64,000 nt of DNA from the human T2T-CHM13v2.0 reference genome, Homo sapiens. The position numbers and the translations under genes are program-made. Every line of letters begins with the position of its first letter. The stretch's first letter is position 1. The notes beneath the pieces are model-generated. The model worked only from the letters and a program-made list of their open reading frames with translations. It had not been told where the DNA came from and ran no database searches. The stretch lies in the NCBI RefSeq assembly GCF_009914755.1, contig NC_060925.1; one strand, 5' to 3'. Shown here piece after piece: positions 24,897-36,309 of the stretch.

Positions 24897-26711
24897 GAGG
24901 TAGACGCGAAACTGCAGTTACGGTGACCAATAGTCATCCGTGTTCACGTCTCTTTAAAAATTTGTATTACAAAAATATGTGTATGTATATGGCCTCTACT
25001 GAATTGAAAAGACCTGACATTGATAATGCATTTCATAACGAATATAATTTGATGATGTGATGAACATAATGCATCCCTAATAATCTCATGATTCTTTCTT
25101 TCCCTCAGCAAATAATTTTAAGCTTAGGTCATGTGTTTTAAACTGTGTTGGAAGCAGGGGCACTGTGGAGAATGTGCAGAAAGAGCTCTCTAACCGCACT
25201 TAATTTTCATTCTAGTGAGGGGGGCTGGTGGCTTCAAGAAACAAGTCAACAAAGGAGGTTATTTCAGGTTGTGATCATTGCTAGGGAATAATCACAAAGG
25301 GGCCGGGCAGTGACAGGTGTGTGCGTGGGGTGAGGCAGCTCTGAACCCTTCTCTTCTCCATGGCAGGTTCTCTCCATTCTCTCTCTCAGGACCCCCCATT
25401 CTTCATTCATGAGGCTTATCATCATTCTCTCTTCATGAGCCCCATGTGGACAGGGGCTTTATCCATCTCCTTTGCTTGGTCATCTCTGGGTCCAACATCC
25501 AGCCTGCCTGTGGCCGTTAATATTCTGCATGAAGGGATCAGTCTACACACAGAAACTTTGGCTGCCTGGTCTTGTTTCATGATGACTCTGGAATTATCAT
25601 AATCCCATTCTTTTTAATTATTTCCACCATTCTGCTGTATGCAGTTTATGTTACAATTATACGTTGGCAACTAAATCTTTAATTGTCCTCTACTCATTTC
25701 ATGGATCACTAGGAACCTTCCCCCCCGCCAACTAAATTACTTCTCAAGGGCAGGGATATGTCTTCAATTTCTTTATTACTCCTCACCATCAACGCATTTG
25801 AGCACTAATGTCTGGGCCGAGCCCAGTGCTCCATCCATACTTGCCGACATTGTAGAATGTGTATTATTCCCTGCGCAGTCAGTGGGGCTCTGCCGCTGGA
25901 AGAGAGAGGAAGCTTGGATAATTGAAATATCCCCATCTCAGACATTACTGACTAAGGTTAGGTAAGGGCAAGTCAGACTGACTTTCATATCTTGGGGTTT
26001 TATTTCCTGCTGTTTCTTGTATGTATTCTTTCAGAAAACCTTAAGAAGGAAAAGTCTGGGCCACAGAGAAAACAGGGAGGTGAAGAAAGATTCTCAAATA
26101 TTTTTCTTTAGAAGTCAAGAGTTTGCTCTAATCAGTTTCAAGAAACAGCAACAACAGAACCCAAAGGCCATGATGAATCTGTTATGTCCTCTCTCCCTCG
26201 TCCCTCCTCCTCCTTCCTTCCCTCCCACTCTCCTTCTTTTGGACACAATCAGCTCCAAATGGAATAAACAAGGAAAATGATGCTTAGGTGGGTTCCACAA
26301 ACACTGACGTGCTGATCACCATGAATGTGCTGGAAATACAGGATGCACAAGGTCTCCAGGAGTTCATGCCTATTGGACTTGGCAAGTGGACGAGGTGGGT
26401 GTTAAAGAAGGAACAATCTTAGTAGCTGCAAGTGAGATGGAGCACACATATTTGGATGGAGTGGGTTGAGCCACTTAAACATGGCGGGTTGGGATTCAAG
26501 CACAGAGAGCCCTTGGGTTCTCTACCAGGACAGTCATCTTCTTGCTCCTCTTATCACCTCCTTCAGGCAAAATTGTTCCCTTTCTTCATGCTCTGCCCTG
26601 CCACAGACCTTTCTCTAACACCTGAAAATGACTGGTCTTGCCTTTAGTCTTTTTTAGTCCTTATCACGCAACAAAAGATTGGCTGCTATTTTATCTCCTC
26701 TTCATTCAGAG

Positions 26712-26945
26712 TGAGGCAGTGTGGCAGGGTGGATGGCCTATCAGTGTAGATCAATAAGACATGGCCTTGACATTTACCGGCTATTAGATCTTGGCTGAGT
26801 TACTCAATGTCTTCTGACTTCCATTTCCCCTTCTGCTAAATGGAAACAGTAATTACCACCCACTGGGTGAGAAAGAAGATCCAGTGGGTTAAGGTTGGCA
26901 AAGTGTCTTGCAGATTAGAGAGGGCTCTCTGAATGTTAGCTAGTT
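26712..26945 (+). mobile_element. MIR
   Basis: GAGGCAGTGTGGCAGGGTGG...TCTTGGCTGAGTTACTCAA...TTTCCCCTTCTGCTAAATGGAAACAGTAAT. Confidence 0.65.
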
Positions 26946-27235
26946 ATCATGACTGTGGGTTGGTTTCTATCACCAAGGAGTCTAAAATGTAGTTATAGAG
27001 GCAGAGTTCTATTTTGTGCTCCCTTTCTGTTCTAATGAGTCTGTACTATTAGGAGAACAGAACAGGTGGACATTTTTTGATAGATGAGTATAGGATATGA
27101 ATCTATTCCACAAACATTTATTAACCAAACACCTGCTACAGAGGCCCTCTGTTTGACCCTGCAGACAACATAAAAATGAGGAAGACAGCACCTCAATATA
27201 GTCACTTTCTTTTTCCTATTTTGTCTGATGATATT

Positions 27236-27798
27236 TGTGGTTGGCAGAATAATGCTCCCCCAAAGATGTCTATGCCCTAATTCTTGGAACCTGACATATG
27301 TGACCTCACATAGCAAAGGAGAATGAAGATTGCAGATAGAATTACGGTTGTTCAGCTGACCTTGAGCTGGGGAGAAGATCCTGAATGACCCACGTTGGCC
27401 CAATGTAATCTTTAGGGTCTTTAAAAGTGGAAGAGGAAATCAGAAGAAAGAGTCAGAGAGAGAGAGAAGCATGAGAAAGACTTGGCCCAATGTTGCTGGT
27501 TTTAAAGATAGAGGGGGCCACCAGCTCAGGAATGTGGGAGACCCTCAGAAGCTGGAAAGGGCAAAGAGGTAGATTCCTCCCTTTTGTCTCCAGAGGAATG
27601 CAGCCCTGCTGCTGATGCAGGATGTTTTACTCCTTTGCTTAGCTAGGTCTGGGTTCTTGTCTCACAACCAGGAAGAATTAGGCACACAGACACTCAAAGA
27701 CTGAGTGGAATAGACTTTATTAAGCGAAAAGAAAGCTCACAGCAAAGAGAGGGTTCCTGAAGGCAGGTTCTCAGTTGCCCCCTTCCCAGCTGAATACC

Positions 27799-27849
<51 letters not shown>

Positions 27850-28200
27850 ATATATATATATATATGTATAAGGCACGAATTACTAGTGGCTCCACCCCAT
27901 TAACCCCTTGTGCATGCGGGCCCTTAGTCCACTGTGTGCCCCACTGTGCAAGTTCCTTTATCTGCACAAAACGTCTGGTATAAGCACCTGTGGGACAGGT
28001 CAGAGGTTCTCTGGGGACCCTTCCCTTAATGTCTGCCTAAAGCAAGCTGGCTAACTCCTTTCACTGCCACCTTGATTTCATCCCAGAAAGACCCATTTCA
28101 GACTTTGATCTCCAGAACAATGAGCTAATAAACGTGGGCTATTTTCACTACAAGTTTGCAGTAATTTATTATAGGACTGATAGGAAAAAAACCACAATAC
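27236..28200 (+). mobile_element. MaLR LTR, MLT1D-like, split by an ERV1 LTR
   Basis: TGTGGTTGGCAGAATAATGCTCCCCCAAAGATGTC start; resumes after 28063 with CACCTTGATTTCATCCCAG. Confidence 0.85.
27613..28063 (-). mobile_element. ERV1-class solo LTR (family not firmly assigned) with internal (TG)n(TA)n microsatellite
   Basis: TG...CA termini, perfect 4-bp TSD CTGC; reverse strand starts TGAAAGGAGTTAGCCAGCTTGCTTTAGGCAGAC; microsatellite ~27803-27870. Confidence 0.85.
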
Positions 28201-28219
28201 TCATCATGCTCTTCTTTTC

Positions 28220-28400
28220 AAACATTTATTTCATTCAGCCAATGTGTATTGAGTGCTTACTTTGTATCAGCCATGGATAAGTAATCAATATGAAATGTTG
28301 GCTGGGGACCAGACATAATTGGTCCCTGCCCTCATGGAGCTTACAGTCTAGCTGAGAATACAATGTTAATCAAATGGGGGGAGATTATCAATTGTCATGA
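28220..28400 (-). mobile_element. L2 3' end fragment
   Basis: TTCATTCAGCCAATGTGTATTGAGTGCTTAC...GGTCCCTGCCCTCATGGAGCTTACAGTCTAG. Confidence 0.75.
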
Positions 28401-30500
28401 GGGCTGAACAGGATGGGTACATAGCTCATGTCTTCTATTATCCCAGGCAATTTAGCAATGTTTCAGAAAATCACCCTGAGCCCACCCTGCCAGCCCTCAT
28501 CCAGCCACTTCTTCTTCCAAGGATGAGAGAAAGGCAGGGACATAGCTGGCAGCAGAGGCCACCTTGTCCCCAAAGTGCTGGGGGACCTGTTCATCGGAGT
28601 GAAGCAGTTGACCAACTGCCCTTGACATTCCACCTCTGACCCTTTCGAGGCCAGATTGGTTGGCCAGGCTGCCTCCTTCTGTCTGTTTTTTTTTTCTGCA
28701 CTGTCAATCAATAGAAAAGGCATCAGAGACATTTAAGAAGCACAACTAATCAGTGAAGCATTCAATTAATTAGGCAATCATTTTTCTGCACTTGATTTTC
28801 ATTACAGTGAGTTTATTTTCATTTCTTGTGTAGGAAAAAACAGGTGCTCACATTTAGCTTCATCAGCTTCCTGTTGCCGTTGGATTCACGTATTATTTTA
28901 AAAATAGGTTTATTTTAGGGGAAGATGTGACCTGGGAAAACCCACTCGTATTTACTCCCCAAGGTTGCTGCTTTTGTTGTGGTGTTGGTGGTGTTTCTCC
29001 CTGCCCCCCAACACTGGGATGGTTTAAAAACATAAGTGAAGCTGTATCACATTCCACCAACCGTTGCTGAAGCCTTTGTTCCTTCTCAAAAGTTATGCCT
29101 TTTCCTTTCTCAGAGAGGAAAGAGGCCTAAATTTACATTTACTAGGAGCCTCTGAAACAGGTTATCCTCAATGTAGGTGGTGGGTAACATTATTTCCTAA
29201 AAGGCAACTGTGTTCACCCACTGACAGTTTCCAGGCCCCTCCCAGGGGGCTCAGAACTGCTGTAAACCCAGACCCAGTGGCATAAGGCTGGACGTGAGCC
29301 CAGCTGCAAACCCAGAATAATGACCTGCATACACACATTTCTCACTGCCTCTAGGATCAAATCCCCCATTCCGAGGCTCTCAGATCCCAGGATGAAAATG
29401 CTGCTGCCTGAGTTGGAATTGTCCTCGTGGTGCAAATAGCAGACTTAACAACATTCATGTTAATTACTTTTCCTGAGTGTCATTCTAAAAGAAAGAAATA
29501 TACCAGTCTGCTTTCCGTTTTCAGATGATGTTGGCGGTCTTGTCCTCCAGCCCAACTACACTTGTGAGGTCTTTAAAGCACAAGTGAAGATAGTTAAGCT
29601 GCCCCTCCCCATCTCTCCCTCTCTTGTCTATTTTTCCTTTGTTTGTGATACGAAGGGTTAATGTAAAAATAGATGTTCTGCAGGCATCATAGAGTTCCTC
29701 TTTAGGTTCCCATGGAAACCGAGCAGCGCAAGTATGTGAAGAATTTTTTTAAGTTAGCCCAAGATTTTGTCCTCCAAAGATTTAGGGTCATTCTGCCTTG
29801 TGGTTTGGGGGCATTTTTTTTTAAAGTTTTTTTTAAGTAATTAATAAAATAACTTCACCTTCCCTCCATCCTCCCCAACCTACTCACAGAGCATTCTTTT
29901 ATTTAAAGTGTCCAACACAAAGGTTATTTTGTGACATTTTGAATAATGCAACCCCTTAAGGGTATTTTTTTAAAGTTCTTTTGCAACAAAGTTTCTCCTC
30001 CCCAACCTCAGAAGACGGAAACAAAAGAGACATTTATTTCGTTCGATTTAAAGTGATTTGGAATTGCTGCTGGGGTTAGATTATGGGAAATTGCCCACCA
30101 GGGAAACAAACTTGGTCACCACCCCTGAACTGCAGTGATGACGTCCCATGGGGACACACAAGACAAACAAAATACTGAGAAAACCGAGGTTCTCGCTCTG
30201 CCCACAGAGGGAGCTCCGAGTTGCAGCTGCCTCTTTCTGCTCCTTTTCAGTTCAGATAAATTGCACTTGGTCAACGGAAATGTCCTAAGGGCACTGCAGC
30301 TGCAGCTGGAGAATGAAGAAGACATAAAATTAGGGCTTTTGTCACTGTCGCTTGATTTCATTAAAGGGCATTAGTTCTCGGCGAGATATATGGGGTTGGA
30401 GAGGACAGGAGCCAGAAGCTCCCAGTGCAGCAGCAAGGCTGGCCCACGTGAGCACCTGGAGCATCATTTCTGCTGCCACATGCTTGGGCTGCCCCACCCC

Positions 30501-30544
30501 GCCGTGCCCTGCTCAGCCGTGCCCTGCTCAGCCGTGCCCTGCTC
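30501..30544. repeat. 15-bp minisatellite x3
   Basis: GCCGTGCCCTGCTCA x2 + GCCGTGCCCTGCTC. Confidence 0.95.
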
Positions 30545-31112
30545 CATCTCCCTCGCCAGGCCTGAGACCGGCCCCCAGTGTGTTGTGACTCCTGAGGTCT
30601 CTCAGCTCTCCCTCAACCCCCAGGAGAATTGCTCTCCACTCCAGAAGCCGCCTGATGGGGAGGCTGACCCCTCTCCAGGACTGACTGATCCAGGTACAAA
30701 GGGTCCCCTTGCGGCAGTGGTGGAGCACCCTGTACAGCAGTTTGGGCTCTGGGCTCTCCTTTGAGATCAGGCCAATGCCTGAGTCATCCTGGCTTGACAA
30801 GGTGGGATGAAGGTCTCCTCCACCTCCAGGTTCCTTCCTTCCCTCCTTTATAGGTTTATCCTGACAGTAACCTCTCCCCAGGTCGGAAGACCTCTCAGGC
30901 TCTGTTTCTAGGGAGGCTGACCTGCTGACAATGCTCCTAGCTGGATTTTGTAAGGTAAATATACCCTTTTATATGGGTTGAGTTATGTCCCCTTAAAAGA
31001 TGTCAAAATCCTGACCGCTAGTATCTGAGAATGTGACCTTATTGGAAATCGGGTCTTTGCAGATCATCAGGTTGACAAGAGGTCACTGAGGTAGGCCTTA
31101 CTCCAATAAGAA

Positions 31113-31267
31113 ATGTCAAAGGTCAATGTCAAAGGATAAATCAAGTGTGTAAGGTCAATGCCAAAGGACAAATCAGATGTGAAAGGTCCATGTCAAAGGT
31201 CATATGAAATGTGTAAGGTCAATGCTAAAGGACAAATCGAATGTCAATGGTCAATGCTCAAGGTCAC
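31113..31267 (+). repeat. 32-bp (13+19) minisatellite x~5 composed of AGGTCA-like half-sites
   Basis: Units ATGTCAAAGGTCA-ATGTCAAAGGATAAATCAA / GTGTGTAAGGTCA-ATGCCAAAGGACAAATCAG / ATGTGAAAGGTCC-ATGTCAAAGGTCATATGAA / ATGTGTAAGGTCA-ATGCTAAAGGACAAATCGA / ATGTCAATGGTCA-ATGCTCAAGGTCAC. Confidence 0.92.
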
Positions 31268-31278
31268 AAGTGTGTTCC

Positions 31279-31560
31279 TGACAAGGTCTTTCTCATTGAC
31301 CAAGCTTTTGTCTGTCTTGGCCACCCCCAGTTGCAGCCCAGTTGCAGCAGGAGCCCTGCTGAGTCCACAGTGAGAGTCCCTGTCCCTGGGTCTCCTCTTG
31401 GTGGTTCCATCCACCAGCTCCTCATGGGCCCCCAGACTACAAATCCCAGGTGTCTTCATTGCATTTGGCATTGATCTCAGTCTCCCTCCTCCATTGCAGC
31501 GGTCTTGAATAAAGTCTTCCTCACTGTTTTAACAAGAGACAAGGTAATGTTCATTGAACA
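31279..31560 (+). mobile_element. ERV1 LTR, MER31-like (internally deleted)
   Basis: TGACAAGGTCTTTCTCATTGACCAAGCTTT start; TCTTGAATAAAGTCTTCCTCACTGTTTTAACAAG...AACA end. Confidence 0.72.
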
Positions 31561-31934
31561 TCTTATACAAAGAGGAAACCTGGCACAGAAGTGGACATGC
31601 ACTCGGAGGGAAAATGCCAAGTGACAATGAAGGCAGAGATCAGGTGATGCATCTGCAAGCTGAGCAACATCAGGAATTGCCAAAAACCACCAGGAGCTGG
31701 AGAGGCCTGGGACAGAGCCTCCCACGGAGCCTCAAGGGAGCCAGCCCTGCCCACGCCTTGATCTTTGACGTCCGACCTCAAGAACTATGAAAGAACCCAT
31801 TTCTGTTGGTGAAGGCTCCCCGTCTGTGGTCCCCTGTCCTGGCAGCCCTAGGAACCTGACCTCTGGTCCCTCTGCATCCCTGGCATCACTCTGCCTCCCT
31901 CTCTTTTTCTCCAGTGAATCCAACACACTCTCAG

Positions 31935-32271
31935 TGAGACAGCCAGGTGGCAAGGGGTTCTCGGAGAAACTCCAGCCGGCCTGCTCGCTGGGCATGTACA
32001 CTGGAGTGGAGCCACAGAAGTTCACGGTGTTTGCAGCAGGGAGGAGCCTGGCCACTCCTCTTCCTGGTTGGAACCTGGAATTTATTTTGTGAGGCGGGAA
32101 GCCTATACTGGGGAGACTCTTGCTCTGCTGAGTCCCCATTCCCCCTTTATTTTCCTTTTTGCCCAATAAATCCTATTATTCTCAGTCTTCAAATTGTCTG
32201 TGAGCCTAATCTTTCATGGCCATGTGACAAGGACCCCGTCATTAGCTGAGCTAAGGAAAAGTCCTGCGACA
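31935..32271 (+). mobile_element. ERV1 solo LTR, MER61-like
   Basis: TG...CA, perfect TSD TCAG, AATAAA near the 3' end; TGAGACAGCCAGGTGGCAAGGGG...GAGAAACTCCAGCC. Confidence 0.82.
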
Positions 32272-33464
32272 TCAGAAGGCTGAGTCCCAGGTCCTTTGTT
32301 CCAAGAGCTGAGCTTCCTCATGGGATGTGGGGAGGGGGGTCAGCGCAGGTGATCGGGAGGACTGAGGCTGTTGGAGGGGGACCCCAGAGGGAGGCTTCAG
32401 TGGCTGCATCCACAACTGGGCCACCTGGGCATCCTTCTGAGGCAGGTTTCTCTCCACGTGCATGGCGTGGCCCTTCCACACAGCTGTCACAAGCTAGGAG
32501 GCTCACATGCTCTTGGGATTCTCGGGACATCATGGGTCCCTGAGGGTGGCGCAGGCTGAGGGTGTGCTCCCCCGCCGGCCTGGCACAAAAACAGTAACAT
32601 TAACATGCTTCTCCAGACCAAAGAGGCTGCTCTCAGTGTAATCAATGATGGCAGGGACTTCGAAATGTGCGTTTCCAGTGAACAACAATGTTTAGCCGCA
32701 TGTAGTCATCAGGCACACCTAACTGGCTCCGGAAAGTGTTATGTTGTGAATTAAGATGACTGACGGAGAAATGTCAGTTTTATTAACATTCTTCCTTCGG
32801 ACGATAATTTTATGTCTATAAGGATGAATTACAAAGGACTTAATGAAGGCGTCAGTCCAGAATGATGGGGTCCTTTTAGCAAAGCCTGCTTCCTTTCCTC
32901 GCTCTGTGTGTGGAGGTTTGATCTCTGCGTGGGGTATGGTTTCCACGTGCTGGACATGATTGGGCAAAAAGTCAACAAAACAGGCTGCTTGGCTTCAGGC
33001 TGACTGTGTAAAAGCCTCACCGGCTCAAGGAGGGATCGTCCTGGGCCCGACGGCAGCGAGTGAAATAGCAGCAGCGTTGCCATGGAAGATGGTTCCGTGG
33101 CACCCAGACATCAGCAGTGGGGCTGATGGGACTCACATCCACTCCATCACGACTTCATCTCCCAGGAAAGTGTCCTCCGGAGCTGGGAAGGTTCTTCCTT
33201 TGCCTCAGTCCCCGTTTCCTGCTCGTGTTCTGCCCAGGAGCCTGTGCAAAGGGCCCGTTGCCTCTCTCCGGCCCCTTGTGATGACTCCTCTCTGGGAAGT
33301 CCCCCACTTCCCGCACATTCCACTCTAGAAATTCCTTCTCTCTGCAGCGATCTGGTCATGTTTTCAAAAGGTGAGGTGCATTTTCAATTCTCAGCTCGCA
33401 CCTAAGCTTCTGGCAGCTTTCAGGTGCCCCTAAAAATGGCATCCAAGGCTTCATCCTAGGCTAC

Positions 33465-33644
33465 AGCCCCGCCCCCTTTCCGCCTGTGCCTCCTCCCACG
33501 GCCCCACCCACTTCCCTGCTGTGCCTCTTCCCACAGCCCCGCCCCTTCCCGTGCTGGGCCTCCTCCCATGCCCCGCCCCTTCCATGCTGTGCCTCCTCCC
33601 ATGCCCCGCCCCTTCCCGTGCTGTGCCTCCTCCCATGCCCCGCC
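33465..33644. repeat. GC-rich ~33-35-bp minisatellite x~5
   Basis: Consensus ATGCCCCGCCCCTTCCCGTGCTGTGCCTCCTCCC. Confidence 0.93.
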
Positions 33645-34419
33645 TCTGAGCTCTTGCCCTTGCTGTCCCCTCCCCCCGGCATACCGTCCCCCTGGAAGCT
33701 TCCTTGCCCTCTCCGTTGTGTTGTGAGGTTTGAGTCAGGATGTCATTTATGAACAGGCCTGCTCTGAGCTCCCTCCTTGAGCTCTCCCCACCTGGTTCCG
33801 TGTTCTCACCTGCAGATTAGCCACTGCTGAGATCTCCTGCATGGACTTCCTACTTATGGAGGATCTCACACATGCTAGAAGGTTTCATGGGGAGGCCCTG
33901 GCTGCTCTGTCCAGGGTCTGGAGCAGGGCAGGTGCACAGCAAGGCAGCTCACTGCACGGTTGTTTGCGGAATGAAACGACTTTGCCAAAGCCATGGCCGC
34001 AGACATACGATGCTCTAAACATGTTTGTTATAACCATGTAAACACGCTTCTTTAGGAAAGCTTATTTCTTAGGAAACCTCTTTCAGTTTCTGTGGCAACA
34101 ACTCAGATATTCCTGAGGTCCAGAAATGCGGCTGCTCTGCACGCTGGTCACGGGCCTCTCCTCACCTGCCCCCAGGACGGGAGCATGGGCTCCATCTCTG
34201 GGCCTCCTGAAAAATGAGATGTCGACTTGAGTGGCCTCCGACCCTGTGAGGCTGATGTCATCGCTCACCAGGCTGAAGTTCAGCCAGGCACTGAACCTTT
34301 CTCAGGCCCTCAAATTCAAACCCAGACCAACCTGTCACTCTCCTTTCCAAAGCATGGGCCACTCATCATGATCAAATGTCCCCTCTTCAATCTACACACT
34401 GCTTGGCATTGCCTGTTTG

Positions 34420-35060
34420 ACTGTGAGAGACTCTGTGTCTGTGTGCATGCAACTGTGTGTGTATGTGAGCGTGTGTGACATTGTGTGTGAGTGTGTGTAT
34501 GTGTGAAGACAAGGAGGAGTGAGTGACTAAGAATGTGTGTGTGGGCATTTATGTGTGTGAGACAGAGTGGTGAAAGACTGCAGAGGCTAAGTGTGGGTGT
34601 GTCTGTGTGAGTGTATACAAGATGGGGAGTATGTGAAGCATGTTGGTGTGTGAGTGTGTGTGAGTGTTAGAATGTGTGTGTGTCAGTGTGACAGTGTGAG
34701 TGTGTATGAGTGCGTGTATGAGTGTGAGAGTAAAATTGTGTGATGAGTGGGTTTGAGGTGGTGTGCAAGAGTGTGCAACAGATTGTGTGTACAAGATGCA
34801 ACAGAGATAGAGTGCATATGTACATAAGTGTGTAAACATGTATATGATATCCATGCATATATATATGGTGTGTGCCTAAATGTGCAGATGATATATAGTA
34901 TACTTATGTGATATGTGTGTATAAACATGTATGTGATATAGATGCATGTATATATTATATATATGTGACATGTGTGTAAACATGTACATGGTATAGATGC
35001 ATATAAATATGTGATGTGTATGTATACACATGTATATGATGTGTGTGCGTGTGTGTGTGT
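34420..35060. repeat. Degenerate (TG)n/(TATG)n-rich low-complexity tract
   Basis: Alternating TG/TA runs. Confidence 0.9.
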
Positions 35061-35237
35061 CTTGGGAGGGCCTTGCTAGTCAGGGTGTAGTTAAAACATC
35101 AGCTGGGATCCTCCACCTACACAAAAACAAGGCAGTCAAAGGAGAACTTCACGTGGCTTGATGTCATTTCAATGAATGCAGAGTAGTGTTTATCTCTGGG
35201 CCAAATTCAGAGGCAGGGGATGGGTTTCAAGAGGGGC

Positions 35238-35735
35238 ATGCACATGCAAACACACACACATATACACATGCATGCATGTATACACACTTGCATACACATA
35301 CATACACATATACACACATGCACATATATACACGTACACACATATGCACACATACACGTGCATACATGTGTATGCATATATGCACACGCATGTGCACACA
35401 CACATGCATACACACATACACTCATGCATGCACACATACATGCACATATATACACAAATACACATGTATGCATAGATATACACATGTATTCACACATATA
35501 CACATACATATATATACATGCACACATGTATATGCCACATATACAGTTACATACACACATACATATGCACACATATACATACATATACACATACAAACAT
35601 ATATACCTACAGACACATATGTCTATACACATATAAACATACACTGATGTGTACACATATATACATGTATACATATACACACATATACACATACACACAG
35701 GTGTATACACACACATATATACATACATACACACA
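35238..35735. repeat. Degenerate (CA)n/(CATA)n tract
   Basis: ~500 bp of almost unbroken purine-pyrimidine alternation. Confidence 0.95.
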
Positions 35736-36309
35736 ACATGGGAGTTTCACCCATATTGTTGATACTGTGGCTTTGAAGACAACTGCTGGTTTCAGTGTTT
35801 TCTACTTGAATATATGGCATTTCACAGTAAAAGCAGTAACCGAGCTCTTGTTAACAAAATGAACACTCCACATTTTTCAATTTTAATTATTTTGAAAAAT
35901 CCAACCCTTTTGTTGAAGGTACTTACAGGTGGCTTAGGTTCAGCTTCCTTTTTTACCCTCTGCTGGCTGTTTGTACTATGCAGAAATATCGTAGGAGAAA
36001 GAGTATCTACTGTCTTTCAACTGCACCTTGACTATATTCAGGTTTCAGTAGAATCCACATTGCGAAGTTATCTAGGCTCAATGAGATCTGATCATTTCTG
36101 CTCCCTCCTGCACCCCGTCAGCAAAGAGCAGGATTTGGGACCTCAGTTATGCAAAGTAGGGGCCTGGTGAAGACTGTGGGGTTTACAGACTGTGGCAGAG
36201 TCTTGCCATACACGTGGAAGAGAACTAGAGTTTTTTAAATCTGGAATTTCATAGCATAAGGCCCCAAGCTTTTAATTGCAGGAAGTCTCAGTGAAATAGT
36301 AGGAAAAAA

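Larger units (their letters stand above)
30968..31862 (+). mobile_element. MaLR LTR, MLT1C-like, interrupted by a minisatellite and MER31
   Basis: ATGGGTTGAGTTATGTCCCC...GAATGTGACCTTATTGGAAATCGGGTCTTTGCAGAT; resumes ~31561 (GAAGGCAGAGATCAGGTGATGCATCTGCAAGC) to GGCAGCCCTAGGAACCTGAC. Confidence 0.8.

Noticed and set aside
31113-31267. Repeat array as a CRISPR-like locus (also 33465-33644, 50794-51063)
   Set aside because: Eukaryotic context, no unique spacers, no cas genes; these are minisatellites
31985-32000. p53 element in the MER61-like LTR (GGGCATGTAC)
   Set aside because: Only one imperfect half-site with no adjacent second RRRCWWGYYY
34549-35862. His/Thr/Tyr- and Cys/Val/Met-rich ORFs
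   Set aside because: Translations of stop-poor CA/TG simple repeats
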